DNA from: Utricularia gibba
Taxonomy: Eukaryota; Plantae; Magnoliophyta
Length of the DNA stretch: 64,000 nt
Reading direction: 5' to 3'
NCBI GenBank assembly: GCA_002189035.1
Contig: NEEC01000002.1
Span: 4,712,001-4,776,000 of the forward strand
Shown: positions 10,712-21,977 of the stretch, in pieces
Position numbering within the stretch: position 1 is the stretch's first letter
Layout of the letters: every line of letters begins with the position of its first letter
Position numbers and translations under genes: made by a program
The notes under the pieces: generated by a model
What the model was told of the DNA's origin: nothing
What the model saw: the letters and a program-made list of their open reading frames with translations, nothing else
The model's database searches: none

Positions 10712-12490
10712 ATGTCGTTTTACCGTGGCCGTGAGGCATCAAAGGTTTCTTTTCCCGCATCCCTTTTTCCTCTTTTTGTATACTCTTCGTAGTTTTTACC
10801 ATTCTTGCTGTTTTTGCATTCAGAAGCTGTGGAAGAGGTTCTGTGCGGAGATGGCAACGGAACTCAATCTTCTTGCTGAAAATTGGAAATATGTTTTGGG
10901 AGGTCTCATTTTCCAGGTTTGATCACACAAGATCTTGCTTTAAACCCCGCGAGTGATGAACACCAAATGTTTCTGCTTTCACAGTAAAAATGAAAATAGA
11001 TAATAATCACAAGTTAAAAGAACCACAAAAGCTTGTTGTTATTCCCAGTACATTCCAAGTAATTATGTAAGTGTGTTGATTCCGCCAGTACATTCATGGA
11101 CTAGCTGCCCGAGGTGTCCATTATCTGCATCGGCCGGGGCCAATTCTTCAGGATTGGGGGTTCTTTCTTCTTCCGGTAATGTTGGTTTATTTATCTGCAT
11201 CAGTAGAGTCAACTGAACCTCCATAACTGTAGCTCCGTTGTTATGCGACGGTGCTGATCTGCAGGAGCTTGGACAGGAGAAGGCCTACATCAGTGAAACT
11301 GTGTTCACCCTCATTTTTTTGTCTTTTGTTTTGGTGAGCTGCTCTCATTCTTACCTAAGTGCAAGCTTGTAAATTTCCCTTGGCTTCTGAGGGCTTATGA
11401 TGCTTCCAACAGTGGACTTTCCATCCCTTCATATTAAAAGTCAAGAAGTTCTACACTGTCCATATATGGTGCAGAATCTTGGCATTCTTGGTTGTAAGTT
11501 TGAAAACATGCTCAGCTCATTATACAACGTCAGCCAATTTCCGGTAACATCTGTGGGATCTTGATCACAGGCTTGTCAGTTTCTTCGCATCATAACATTT
11601 TATTCCACACAACTTCCAGGTCCTAACTATCACTGTCGAGAGGTGGAACCATTTTCTTCATTCTTGGGTTGCTGTGCTCCCATTGTTTCCACTGACGCCT
11701 CTTGAATGTTGCAGGGCTCAATGCTAGCTTCGCTGCCCCATCCAGACAGCGTGTTTGAAGTTCTACTGCTTAACTGTGAGTCTTTTGAACTTCTGCATCC
11801 TCATCTTCTACTTCTAATATGTAATTGCAGCTCATTTCTTCTGCATTCTTCGACCACAGTTCCACGAGGCGTGCTATACGGTTGCGGAGATCTGATCTTC
11901 TCTTCACACATGATATTCTCTCTTGTCTTTGTGCTGACTTACAACAAGTATGGGACTAACAGGTAGGTAATATGCTCATGCCTTCATCTGCATCCATGGT
12001 GTAGTACGGCTGTTGCTTGTTTTCACAGTTTTGTAAAGCTTGCTGCTTGGCTCACTGTAATCTTCCAAAGCCTGCTGATTGTTGCATCTCGCAAACACTA
12101 CACCGTTGACATCGTTGTGGCATGGTATGATGTTATTGTAGCCTATTTGTTGAGTTGGGTTTCGAATCACGTGCTGGATCTCCTGTAGGTACACTGTGAA
12201 CTTGGTTGTATTCTTTCTTGACAGAAAGCTTCCTGGTAAGCTGAGTTCATGTACTCCATGAGACGCCATCCTTTCTGGATATCAACTCTTGGCTTTTGAT
12301 TGCAGAACTACCTGATCGTTCCACTGCACTGTTCCTTCCGGTGGTGCGGAGCAAGTCGAAAGAGGAGGAGCTACACAAAATCTTGAACGGGAAATCAGCT
12401 GATTTTCAGCTACCGAGAAACGGAAGGATAGTGTGTGAAACAAATGTTGCCAAGGGGAAAATGGAGAGAATGATTTGTAGGTTTATGTAA
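10712..12490 (+). CDS. IPCS: Phosphatidylinositol:ceramide inositolphosphotransferase (inositol phosphorylceramide synthase), about 307 aa, 11 coding exons
   Basis: join(10712-10744,10827-10916,11089-11175,11265-11333,11413-11493,11571-11642,11715-11775,11860-11962,12029-12124,12189-12235,12306-12490) = 924 nt with GT-AG introns and consistent phases. The protein [19 protein letters not shown]...[18 protein letters not shown]...CGDLIFSSH...[16 protein letters not shown] matches Arabidopsis IPCS/ERH1, including the catalytic His and Asp motifs. A 5' UTR intron is likely at 10288-10570. Confidence 0.97.
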
Positions 12491-13026
12491 GAGCTTATAG
12501 AGGAGTCGATGGAACAAGCAGATAGAGGAGTTCATGTTTTAGGGCTTAAAAAGCCCCTCTTTTTAACACTTGAAAATATCCGAAGCAGCCGCCATGTCGT
12601 AGTTGGGAGTTGCAGCATCAATCCACATAAAACAAGCTCATATGTTCTTGAATGGCTCTTTTTTTATCTAAAAGATCAATGATGAAACTCTTAACTCGCA
12701 TCTAATATCTCATCCGAATGTCATACCAGAGGACTTGCCCTGTTCAGGAGAAGGTTTGCCTCTTAGGTAGGTATATCTGTACATGAGAAACCATACTTGG
12801 AGCAACTCACAGCAAGGAGATTTGATCAATGACAAGAAAGCAAACACATCTACTTTCCACGACAAAGTAAATGTATATCAAACGAGGAATGGTAACTGCC
12901 TCTTCAAATTTATTATCTCCCCAAACTTATTGAAGCAGGAACATTAGAACGGGTTTCACTATTTAAAATCACAGACTTTTTTCATGGATGGAGAACCATT
13001 ATTACAAAGAGAAAGCTTAAGATCAA

Positions 13027-13653
13027 TCACACTGATGGACGGCTATTGCCTAGAAGCTGTCCAACCAAGTTAGTTACCTGAAATCCAGAGTTGCGAATGG
13101 ATTCATCAACATGGATAATGCGTAACATAAAACTCTGGAAATGATGCAAATCGTTCACCTGCCAATACTTTGAAACACAGCGGTCGATGCAACTGTTCTC
13201 ACCCATGTTCAACTCGGAGTCCTTGTACCTGAGGAATGAATCAACTCCCGGTGACTAAGCACAAGCAACAAATGAAAGCCTCGCACCTGATGCAGATACA
13301 AAATAGTTATAGAACAGGAGAATTTGCACAATACGTACTTGTTGTCCACACATTTGTTGAAACATGTGTGCGTCAGTCTGTATGAAAATTGGAGGTAAAG
13401 AGACGTCAGAATGCACATTAGGAACAAAAGGCGGGCAACTCAAGATTCAAAACTTACTTGTTAAACATATCAACCCTATACTCCATCTCCTTCTCCATCA
13501 TCCCGATTATCTACATAGCACAAAATTCAAAGAGAAATCAAAGAAATTACGATATAACTTTGGCACAAATGCACCAATTTCTGCATAAAAGACGATGAAT
13601 GCCTGTTCCCTCTCGAAAGCCGTTGGCGCCGCCGGAGGGATATTTGGAGCCAT
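13027..13653 (-). CDS. TIM10: Mitochondrial import inner membrane translocase subunit Tim10, 87 aa, 5 exons
   Basis: complement(join(13027-13077,13159-13228,13339-13377,13458-13510,13603-13653)) = 264 nt: MAPNIPPAAPTAFEREQIIGMMEKEMEYRVDMFNKLTHTCFNKCVDNKYKDSELNMGENSCIDRCVSKYWQVTNLVGQLLGNSRPSV. Twin CX3C motif. Intron 1 needs a GC donor. Confidence 0.95.
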
Positions 13654-13710
13654 CACTCTACGCTGCGGAACGCGACTCTGGTTCCTGCGATTCAGAGAAG
13701 AGTCTCCGAT

Positions 13711-13719
13711 AAACCCTAA
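13711..13719 (+). promoter_or_regulatory. Telo-box (AAACCCTAA) in the 5' leader/proximal promoter of TIM10
   Basis: Exact AAACCCTAA about 60 bp upstream of the TIM10 ATG. The motif is common near the TSS of plant growth and housekeeping genes. Confidence 0.5.
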
Positions 13720-14177
13720 GCCTAGTTTTTATTTCATTATAGATAGTAAATAAATAAATAAATTGAAATAAAAATAATCACACGAACCTTGACGCGGCGC
13801 CTGACGGACGAATAACTCCTCCGACTTTGTTAGTAGTGCCACGACGGCAATATGTGGCAGCTGGCTAGCTCGCTCGCGTCAAATTGTTTGATTCCCAACG
13901 TGGACAACTCAATAGTACTGATTTGAAACTATTCTAAAAACAAAACAAAAAAAATCATATTTTGTATTTTATTTTATGTTTATACCATTTGAGAACACGA
14001 TATATTTATTCTACTTTTTTTTCCACACCTGTTTTTTTATTCTAGACCTGTTTTTTATTCTACTTTTTTTTGTTATAGTATATTATTTAATTCAACGTAT
14101 TATAATGGAATAATCGTGTAAAACTAGTGTCAGAACAAGGCCGGAGCAGGTAATGAAAAAGCAAATCGCCGGCATTC

Positions 14178-14904
14178 TCAGGACGGGATATTGAAATGGA
14201 AGAGCCAGGAAATTACAAACGCGAATACCATGCACGCTAGTAGAAAATTCAGAAACCGGTGGCCGTTAAAGGAACTCGCGGCCTCCGTCGCCGCCGCCGC
14301 CGTCACCGTAACTGTAGCCGCGCTACTACTCTCGTTGTTCCCAGCCACGCAGTCATTAATGCTGGCGACGTTTCTCGCCACCGAATTGCAGATTTCGCAG
14401 GTCCTGCCAAACACAAGGAGGAGCAAAATAAAGGACTCGGAAGGTGTGGGGACTCGTGAATGACATTGGAGGACAGTTTTTTTACTTGTTTCCTCTGATT
14501 TTGAACCAAGTTTCAGCGCATTGCTTATGGGCAGTGGCTAAATCATCTTTACAAGAACAACCCAACTCAATGGCCGCGCCACTCACCAAACTCAGATGAC
14601 AAATCCTACAGTTCCTATCAATCCTTGTCAAATCCACCATTTTCGAAACTCCCTTCACCCCCATTTCCAAATCCTCCTCATCATCAAAAATCTCAGCCTC
14701 ACTCCCCAAACTGCAGTCATCGTAACAGCAATCTCCATCAGCAGTGGAGAAGGTGGAGAAGAAATGAGAGTTACAAGAACCCTCGTCTGCATCGGAGAAA
14801 CAGCTACCGCCACCACCCTGCTCCTCCTGCTCCCCAACTTCACCGTCGCCGGAGATACAACAGCCGCATTCCAAATCTCTGCAGAACATTCCTGGATCAG
14901 CCAT
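14178..14904 (-). CDS. RING-CH (RINGv, C4HC3) zinc-finger E3 ligase with C-terminal hydrophobic tail, 214 aa, 2 coding exons
   Basis: complement(join(14178-14403,14486-14904)) with an 82-nt GT-AG intron. Motif CRICHL...LGCSCKDDLATAHKQCAETWFKIRGNKTCEIC; C-terminal HRFLNFLLACMVFAFVISWLFHFNIPS is typical of this plant subfamily. Confidence 0.93.
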
Positions 14905-17900
14905 TTTATTCAAGACCCAGAAGAGGAAATGCTCTTTCAAGGCTTCAAAAAAAAAAAAAAAGAATCTTGATCATCAGATTTCAGAACCCCATTTGGATCA
15001 GATGAAAACACCAGAAAGTGGATTCTGGTGATCTAGCCTGAAACACAATACAGTGTCGAACGCAGGCGCTGCATCAGCGATAATGATGATAGTGGTGGGA
15101 AAGAATAAAGAATCGAAATAGAGAAGAAAACAGAAAACGAAAGAAGACAAGAGAAGCCACTAGTAAAAATTTCTGAAGAGCAGGCGAAGATATAGAGACA
15201 AATTCAACAGGCGTCTGGCGGAACCGGCCACGGGAGGTTCCCTTTTTCTGGAGCACTTAGATCCCACCTCCCACTTACTTTTTTTAACGTATCCTATATA
15301 TTCTTTGGATAAGATTTTTTTTATGACAAAATTTACTTAGTTAATTAATGAATGCCACTTGTCTATATTTTACTATATTTTTTAAACTTTTTTTAATAAT
15401 ATGATTTAAAATCAATGGATTTATGTGTAATAGTATTCGTTAGTAATATGATGAATGATTGATGGCTGAGCACGATACCTATTTGTGAGATGCATTTGAA
15501 CTCTATCAACATATCATAACCCCCGGTTCAAATGAAAAATGAAATGATATTTTATTTAAGTGATATTTATAAATTGCATAGAATTTTATTTTTGATTAAT
15601 AATTATTTAACTATAATGTGAGAGAAATATTATGTTTTAAGAAGATGAGATCAATAACTCAACTTAAAGATTCAAAAAGTAATATTTTTCAAATCTCAAT
15701 TTGCATAATATTTCATTTATTGTGTTTCTTTCTCAATGATTTCCATCAAATAAAAAATGGTCAGAAAAGCCAAAGTTATTCTATTCCAAAGTGTAAAAGT
15801 GTTCGGCTCTACCTCTTTCTTGACTGAGCGGTGCAGGCAGCATGAGAAGCAGAGGATCCGAGTGTTAATTTGTGAAATAACTTTAGCAAAATATCATTTG
15901 GGCATATGTTTGTTTGCAATATACTCTGTATGTTTTTCTGTAGAATTGTTTTCTATTCTTTAATACCAATTCGAATTTTGTGTTATGCATATCAATTCAA
16001 TTAGATGATAAGTTATTGATAAACGAAAAATCCATTCATAGTGTAAAATATTAAAATTATTGTATTAAATAAATTTATAAAACTTATTTTTTAACAAATA
16101 CAAATCAAAATAGATTGTATATTAGAATTAGACTCGATTAAAAGAAGTTAGGTACTTGTTACATTAATATTAATACATTATATTTGTCATGATAAGAAAT
16201 TAACTTTAACCTAGAACTAATAAAATATGAACACTATTTACGGAAAATACATGTGATGAAATAAATTAAATTAAAATGCGAAAAAAAATAAATGAGACAT
16301 CTTAAGGTTCTAAAAATGAAATACTCATCATTATTTTGGTTTCAATCAAATGTAAACTAGTTTTATCTTAAGTCCATCTAAATCTTCTTTCTATTTTAAT
16401 TTTAATTTTAACTTACTACTAGTTAGACTTTGTTTGGATAAACATATTAATCTTACTCTCCCTCTCAAAAGTAAAAAATTTCAGTTATGAACTAAGAGAC
16501 AAAAAGATAGAATGAAAATAAAGACAAATATTTCCATAATGTCAAGAGATGAAAAGAAAAGATAATAATAAGCTAAACAAAAACAGTTTGAAATGAGAAC
16601 CAACCAAGAGTAGTGTTGTTGTGATTGGTTGCTTGTTTAGGTGAGTTAAAAATCTTATTCTGTTTCAGGGTATTCGTCTGGATTATTCTACGTCCAAGTT
16701 CCTCTCCACCGGGTTGTTTTTCTCGGGGTTGCTCTTCTTTTTTTCTTCTCACCTTTTTTATTTTTTTTTTCATCTAGCAACATTGATTAAATTGGAACAC
16801 GACTGAATAGCAATATTATAGTTATTATCAAGCAGATGTGACCTCATCTACTTAAATAATTATTGTCATTTACATTAAAAGTAAGGATAGGGACGGATAT
16901 TTTTTTTAGTCAGAAAACCCACTCATAGTAATCACAGATTTACTGCGCATCCACGATAAATACTGCTGGTAGATCAAAATATGAGACCCGCATATTTTGC
17001 AAAAGAGGGTTTGGGTGTGACTAAGGCGGCCAAGGGAAGCAGCTTAGCGCCCCGGTATTTCATACAGCGGAGTGCACACTGATTCCACAGATTCAAGTCT
17101 GTGGTTTGTTGAGCATGGAATACGATGTGAGCATTCAAGTCTAGTCACAATGAAAGCAAAAAGGATAGCCTTTTGGGATTGGATTTACACACGGGATAGT
17201 TTTGACGTCAGGATAGGAATCAAGTGGATTAATTAAAGTAATTCAGGATATTTGATGAGTTTATGTTTATTTGGGTATTTTAAATTATATAATGTATTTA
17301 AAATTCTTTTCTCTCATCTCCAAACCAAAGGTTACGGTTTTACAATTACCTCATCACATGCACTGGCAATTGCGATTTTTTTATTTCTACTTTTGTTTTG
17401 TTTTAAAAAAGCAAAATGTCAATTCATTTTGCGAAGAGAAATGTTTTTACTCACCATAAAAAACTCCAAAGCTTGCACTAAGCCAATAATGAAAGATGCA
17501 ACTCCTCACATTTGGTAAGATATTTACCAAATACGGTGACTCCCCACTTCCCACATAACACCAGAAAAAAGTATGTATTAAGTTTCAGGACGTAGCGAGT
17601 TGAAGGTTGCCATATCCGCTACTCGCATAGTAGTTGGGGGTTGACATTGCTTCACCACTATTTCTAAATCCGGTCTTGGATTAACTTCCTTTCTCAATAA
17701 CAAGTATTCCCAATGAAATCAAGTGTTTACTTCAAAGAGGGGGAGGAGGTGAGGGACACATGATTCTTCCATTCTTTTGATTGCCTTCTTACCAATCCTT
17801 CTACTTGTTGCATCTGTGCAATCATTGCTGCAACTTGCATCTGTCTCCCGTGGCGTGTTCGACAGTGCATTAGAAGATGGAAAATGAAGATTGCACTTCT

Positions 17901-18707
17901 GACGTCTATTTCGTGTACAAGGAGAGGAGACCCACCAGAGTGAGGCAAGCAAACCATCAAGACAAATGGAGGGAAATAAAACTTCACGCCGAAACTGGCC
18001 AACCAGTGGTGTCATAAATGCAAGAAGAGTTATGAAAACCACAACTTAAATAATATCCAACACATTTTCTTTATTTTCGATTAATTAATGCTTATATTAA
18101 AAATTTAAATTTAGTTTCTAATGATTCTAAAAAAATAAATTAAGAATTTTTTTTAAAATATATAGATGAAGTATACAAAAAATCCAATCCAATCAAAGTT
18201 ATTTTTAATATATTATGATTCTAATATCTAAAAAATTATGCAGCACTATTATAATATATGTAGATAGATTTTTAATGCAAAATAACATATCCCACACATA
18301 AGAAAGTTGTTGAAAATATTCACTTTAGCATATAGTGAAATATATCTCTTCACAAAATATTTTCAATTTTATTTTACCCAATAACTTATGATCATATCTT
18401 CTCTGTGACTTATAATCATATCCCATTTGATAATTTATAATGTCATTTCATTTAATAATTATAATCACATCTTGTTAATTGATATTTGATAAACAATTTT
18501 GTATTGTTTTAAAACATAATTTTATATCAATTTGTAGGGTTATTTTTACATTCATGTGTTTTATCTTTTCATTATTTTTTATTGATATTACATCTTTTAA
18601 ATAAATTTAATATTTTTTAAGAGAATGTGTATTTTGTAGATTTTTTACTATATTATCATATCAATTTGAAGAAAAATCATGATTTAACAATTTATGAGAT
18701 TGAGAGT

Positions 18708-19867
18708 TGATAAGTGATTTTGTGTCGTTCCAAAACATGTTCTTCCACTACTTTTGAGTGTTGTTTTTACTTATCTTAAACTCCACTTTCTCATTATTCT
18801 CAATTGATTTTTCATCTTTCACACTACTTTGATCTTTTTGGAGATAAAGTGTATTTTTTGAATTTTTAGGGTACTTTTGGATCAATTTGAGGAGAAATCA
18901 AGACCCACCAAATTATGGACTTGATGGGCCATGAATCTCAACCCAAGACTCGGTCAAATGATGAAGATTTGGTCCAAGATTTGTGGATAAGATAGAAATA
19001 TGAAGAAGATATGAAGAAGATCTTGAAATTTTGGATAAAAGATTTGAATAGAAGATTTTATCTGAACGCATTGAATAAGCTCAATATGAAGACTTGGATC
19101 TACTCTCTTATAAATACCCCACCCTCACAACCATTAGAGACGTCTTTGACCACTTTTCCTTTGAATCTTTCCTATTTTCATGTCTATTTTCATGTTTGAG
19201 TCGAGTGTACGCGTGTAGGCGCTTGCGACTGAGGATTTGCGGTGAAGCCTTGCTTGCGCAAGTCCTACACGTGTGACTGTTTTACTATGTTTTTCGACAT
19301 TTAAATTGAGATTTGATTCTGTTTTTCATAACTTTTTCTTTACCAACATGCTCTTTAGTACTATATAACCTAAGGGAGTGTGGGAGAATCAAAGGTTGGC
19401 CTCAAGCACCTAAGGAGAAGGGCTCAATCGGACATTGTTGGTAAGACACATTCTGTCCAATCTGTCTGCGAGGTGTGAGGTGTAAGGGTTAGATTTGGGG
19501 TCTGGGGAAAACATGGGTTATCACAAGAGGTGAAATGGCTCTGGTGGCGTGGTTGATTCCATAATCCCACTAAACGAGGGACGGTGCTATAACGGTCACC
19601 GAGTAGCACTATTTTAGAATAATACCCCAGAACTTGCACAAGCAGGTCAGTTCTCAAGGTTTACATACACAAGTTTGAGCGAGTTTTGAGCAAGATAGAT
19701 CCTAGATCCAATGCCACTTTTCTTTTTGTTTTTAAAACCAAATCTTTTTTTTGTTTTCTGTCTTTTTGAGTCTTTATTTGAAAAGAAAATTCCAATTACA
19801 ATTCCCTGTGGATACAATCTTATTTTATTACTTCGATGATTTCTGTTCACTTGCAGAATCACTATCA
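18708..19867 (+). mobile_element. Family D Athila-type solo LTR (about 1160 bp)
   Basis: TGATAAGTG...CACTATCA termini. 19370-19867 is the reverse complement of 53861-54290, which is followed by a PBS. Flanks AGAGT / (A)AAGT are only a degenerate TSD. Confidence 0.7.
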
Positions 19868-20483
19868 AAGTTAAACATATGCATATAGCGAAAATATGTC
19901 TATGAGGGTGTGAGTTGTATAAATTCGAATCAAATATAACAAAAATATGAGTTATCATGGGAGGCAAAATAATGCTAATAACGTGGTCGATATTACAATC
20001 TTAGTAATCAAGGGATTGATAGCACATATCTTGTTTGTATTTTTAGTATATGAAATTAGTGTATTTTCTTGTAAATCAGATGTTTTTTGGATGAGTTACA
20101 ACGTTTGTGTAATTTTACTATCATTATTATTTTTATGCTCTAAGTGGATTAAATTAGTAATCTGATTCATCAAAAATATTAAATGAATATGTTCTTGAGT
20201 TATAGCCACAGATTTTTCAAAGAACAAACAAATTTGTAACAAAAAGAGATTTTCATTCTATGAGTACCCGAACAAACATGAAGATGACAAAATAGATAAG
20301 TCCAAGTCTAAGTCCAATTAGGAGAAACGAATTGATAACCCAAAAAGAGTAGCTCAACAATGAAAAAGGCCCAAGGATATCCACTGTAGACAATTTACTA
20401 AAATTAAATGTGGCAGAATCAAATTAAGGTAGATGTAATATAACTATTAGGTTTAAAGTAGACCACTTTTGAAGAAGACCGTT

Positions 20484-21788
20484 TGATAATACACAATTTT
20501 TTTTTTATTTTTAGCATTCTAAAAATTATGATTTTTTAATTATGTTTTAGATATTTATTCTATGATTTTATTATTTTACTAAAAATTAAGATATGATGTG
20601 ATTTTGTGTGTTAAAGGGCCAAATCCTTCAATTTACCTCATTCTATGTTATTAACTTTTTTTTAGTCTAGCACCAAAGTTTTGAAATTAGGGAGAAGACA
20701 TGAATTTTGTGCAAGCAACCACCTAGTAGACTTGGACAGCATAAAAAGAGGAGACAAAATGTACTATTCTCCCGTACATAGTTTGCAGGTGAAGCCAGTG
20801 ACAATACCTACTTGGGGGAAGAGAGGAGAAAGTATTTTGGAAGAGAGAGAATCTAAAAGGGCAAAGAGCTTCAGCAATGAAAAATCATACATACACAGCA
20901 TCAAGAACCCTGTTCAATGCTATTGTTCCAGACTGTGAATAGTAGCAAACGGAAGCAAAAACTTATTTTACTTTGTTCTTGTTTATGGAACACTTTACCT
21001 TTGTTATTGTTTCTCTTACGATGGTTGTAATAATATTTTCTGTTTATCTTCATGGAAGCTTGCTTAGGGCACCAATTATGAGTGGCTAAATTTTTGAGAT
21101 GTCTTAAGGTAATGAAGGTGGTGTGGGATAAATGTTTATTTTAATTGTGATTCTAACAAACATTGTTGTATGTATTACTATGCCTTGAGTGGATTTAAGG
21201 GGTAGACAAATCAGCTACATGACTCAAATCCTCAACTTGAAGTTAGACCACAGAGTTTAGACAAGCTTAATAGATGTTACTCTCAAATAGAATAAGTAGA
21301 ACCAAGTAGACCTAGTTCTATATATTTCATAAATTGGTAAACATATGCATGAAATGGGTAGTGATACTAAGGAGTATTGTAGCAAAAAACATAGCGCATG
21401 ACCTGCGTAGATTTAGGTTGTTTGGGGTTATGAAGGTGTGAGATTGCATGCAAAATTAGGAGTTTGTTAACCACATTACCGAAGTACCCTAAGGCATCAC
21501 ATTATTCTTTGTACAAGAGATGAGTTTATTTACCTGCTGCATTGTTATTTACTTCGAATTTCCTATCTTGTATGTTAATATTAGTTTGACCTTGGACAAA
21601 GAGTCACATTTATTCTATAATCCCGCATTTGATAAAAACACCTAACAAATACTTGCTCCTTGATTGACTCCCAAATTACATTATGCAATTAGTGTTTTAT
21701 TTGTATTTTGGGAAGATTAAGGTTCATAAATTTATTCAATACGGAATTTTATTTTCATATCAATGATAATACAATTTTCCGTTTATCA
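20484..21788 (+). mobile_element. Family A solo LTR (1305 bp)
   Basis: TGATAATACACAATTTT...TTTCCGTTTATCA termini, TSD CCGTT/TCGTT, and the ATGAGTGGCTAA family block. Confidence 0.88.
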
Positions 21789-21977
21789 TCGTTTCACTAG
21801 TTTTATAACCGTTATTCTCTACAAATATGTATTTTGGATGACATGCGAGACATGGTATTGAATCAATTTTTTCTTAGCTTCTTCTATCTTCTCCATTGCT
21901 TTCCCCCTTTTATTTTTTCGCTCTTCTTCTTCTTCTTCTTGACAATTAGCAAGGGAATATAGATAAGTTGCAACAAA

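Noticed and set aside
14191-15005. Plus-strand ORFs of 66-126 aa opposite the RING-CH gene
   Set aside because: Shadow frames of GC-rich, low-complexity coding sequence, with no independent motif.
15784-15862. About 70-nt imperfect hairpin whose 3' arm contains GAGAAGCAG, as in miR164
   Set aside because: Only 9 nt match, it is on the wrong arm, and 2-3 nt bulges are incompatible with a miRNA duplex.
17080-17150. TTCAAGTC T-loop-like motif suggesting a tRNA or SINE
   Set aside because: No A-box, acceptor stem or poly-A/T tail; the cloverleaf cannot be completed.
17760-17890. Possible pre-miRNA stem (TTCCATTCTTTTGATTGC pairing with GCATTAGAAGATGGAA)
   Set aside because: The interior does not form a continuous stem, and it matches no conserved plant miRNA I know.
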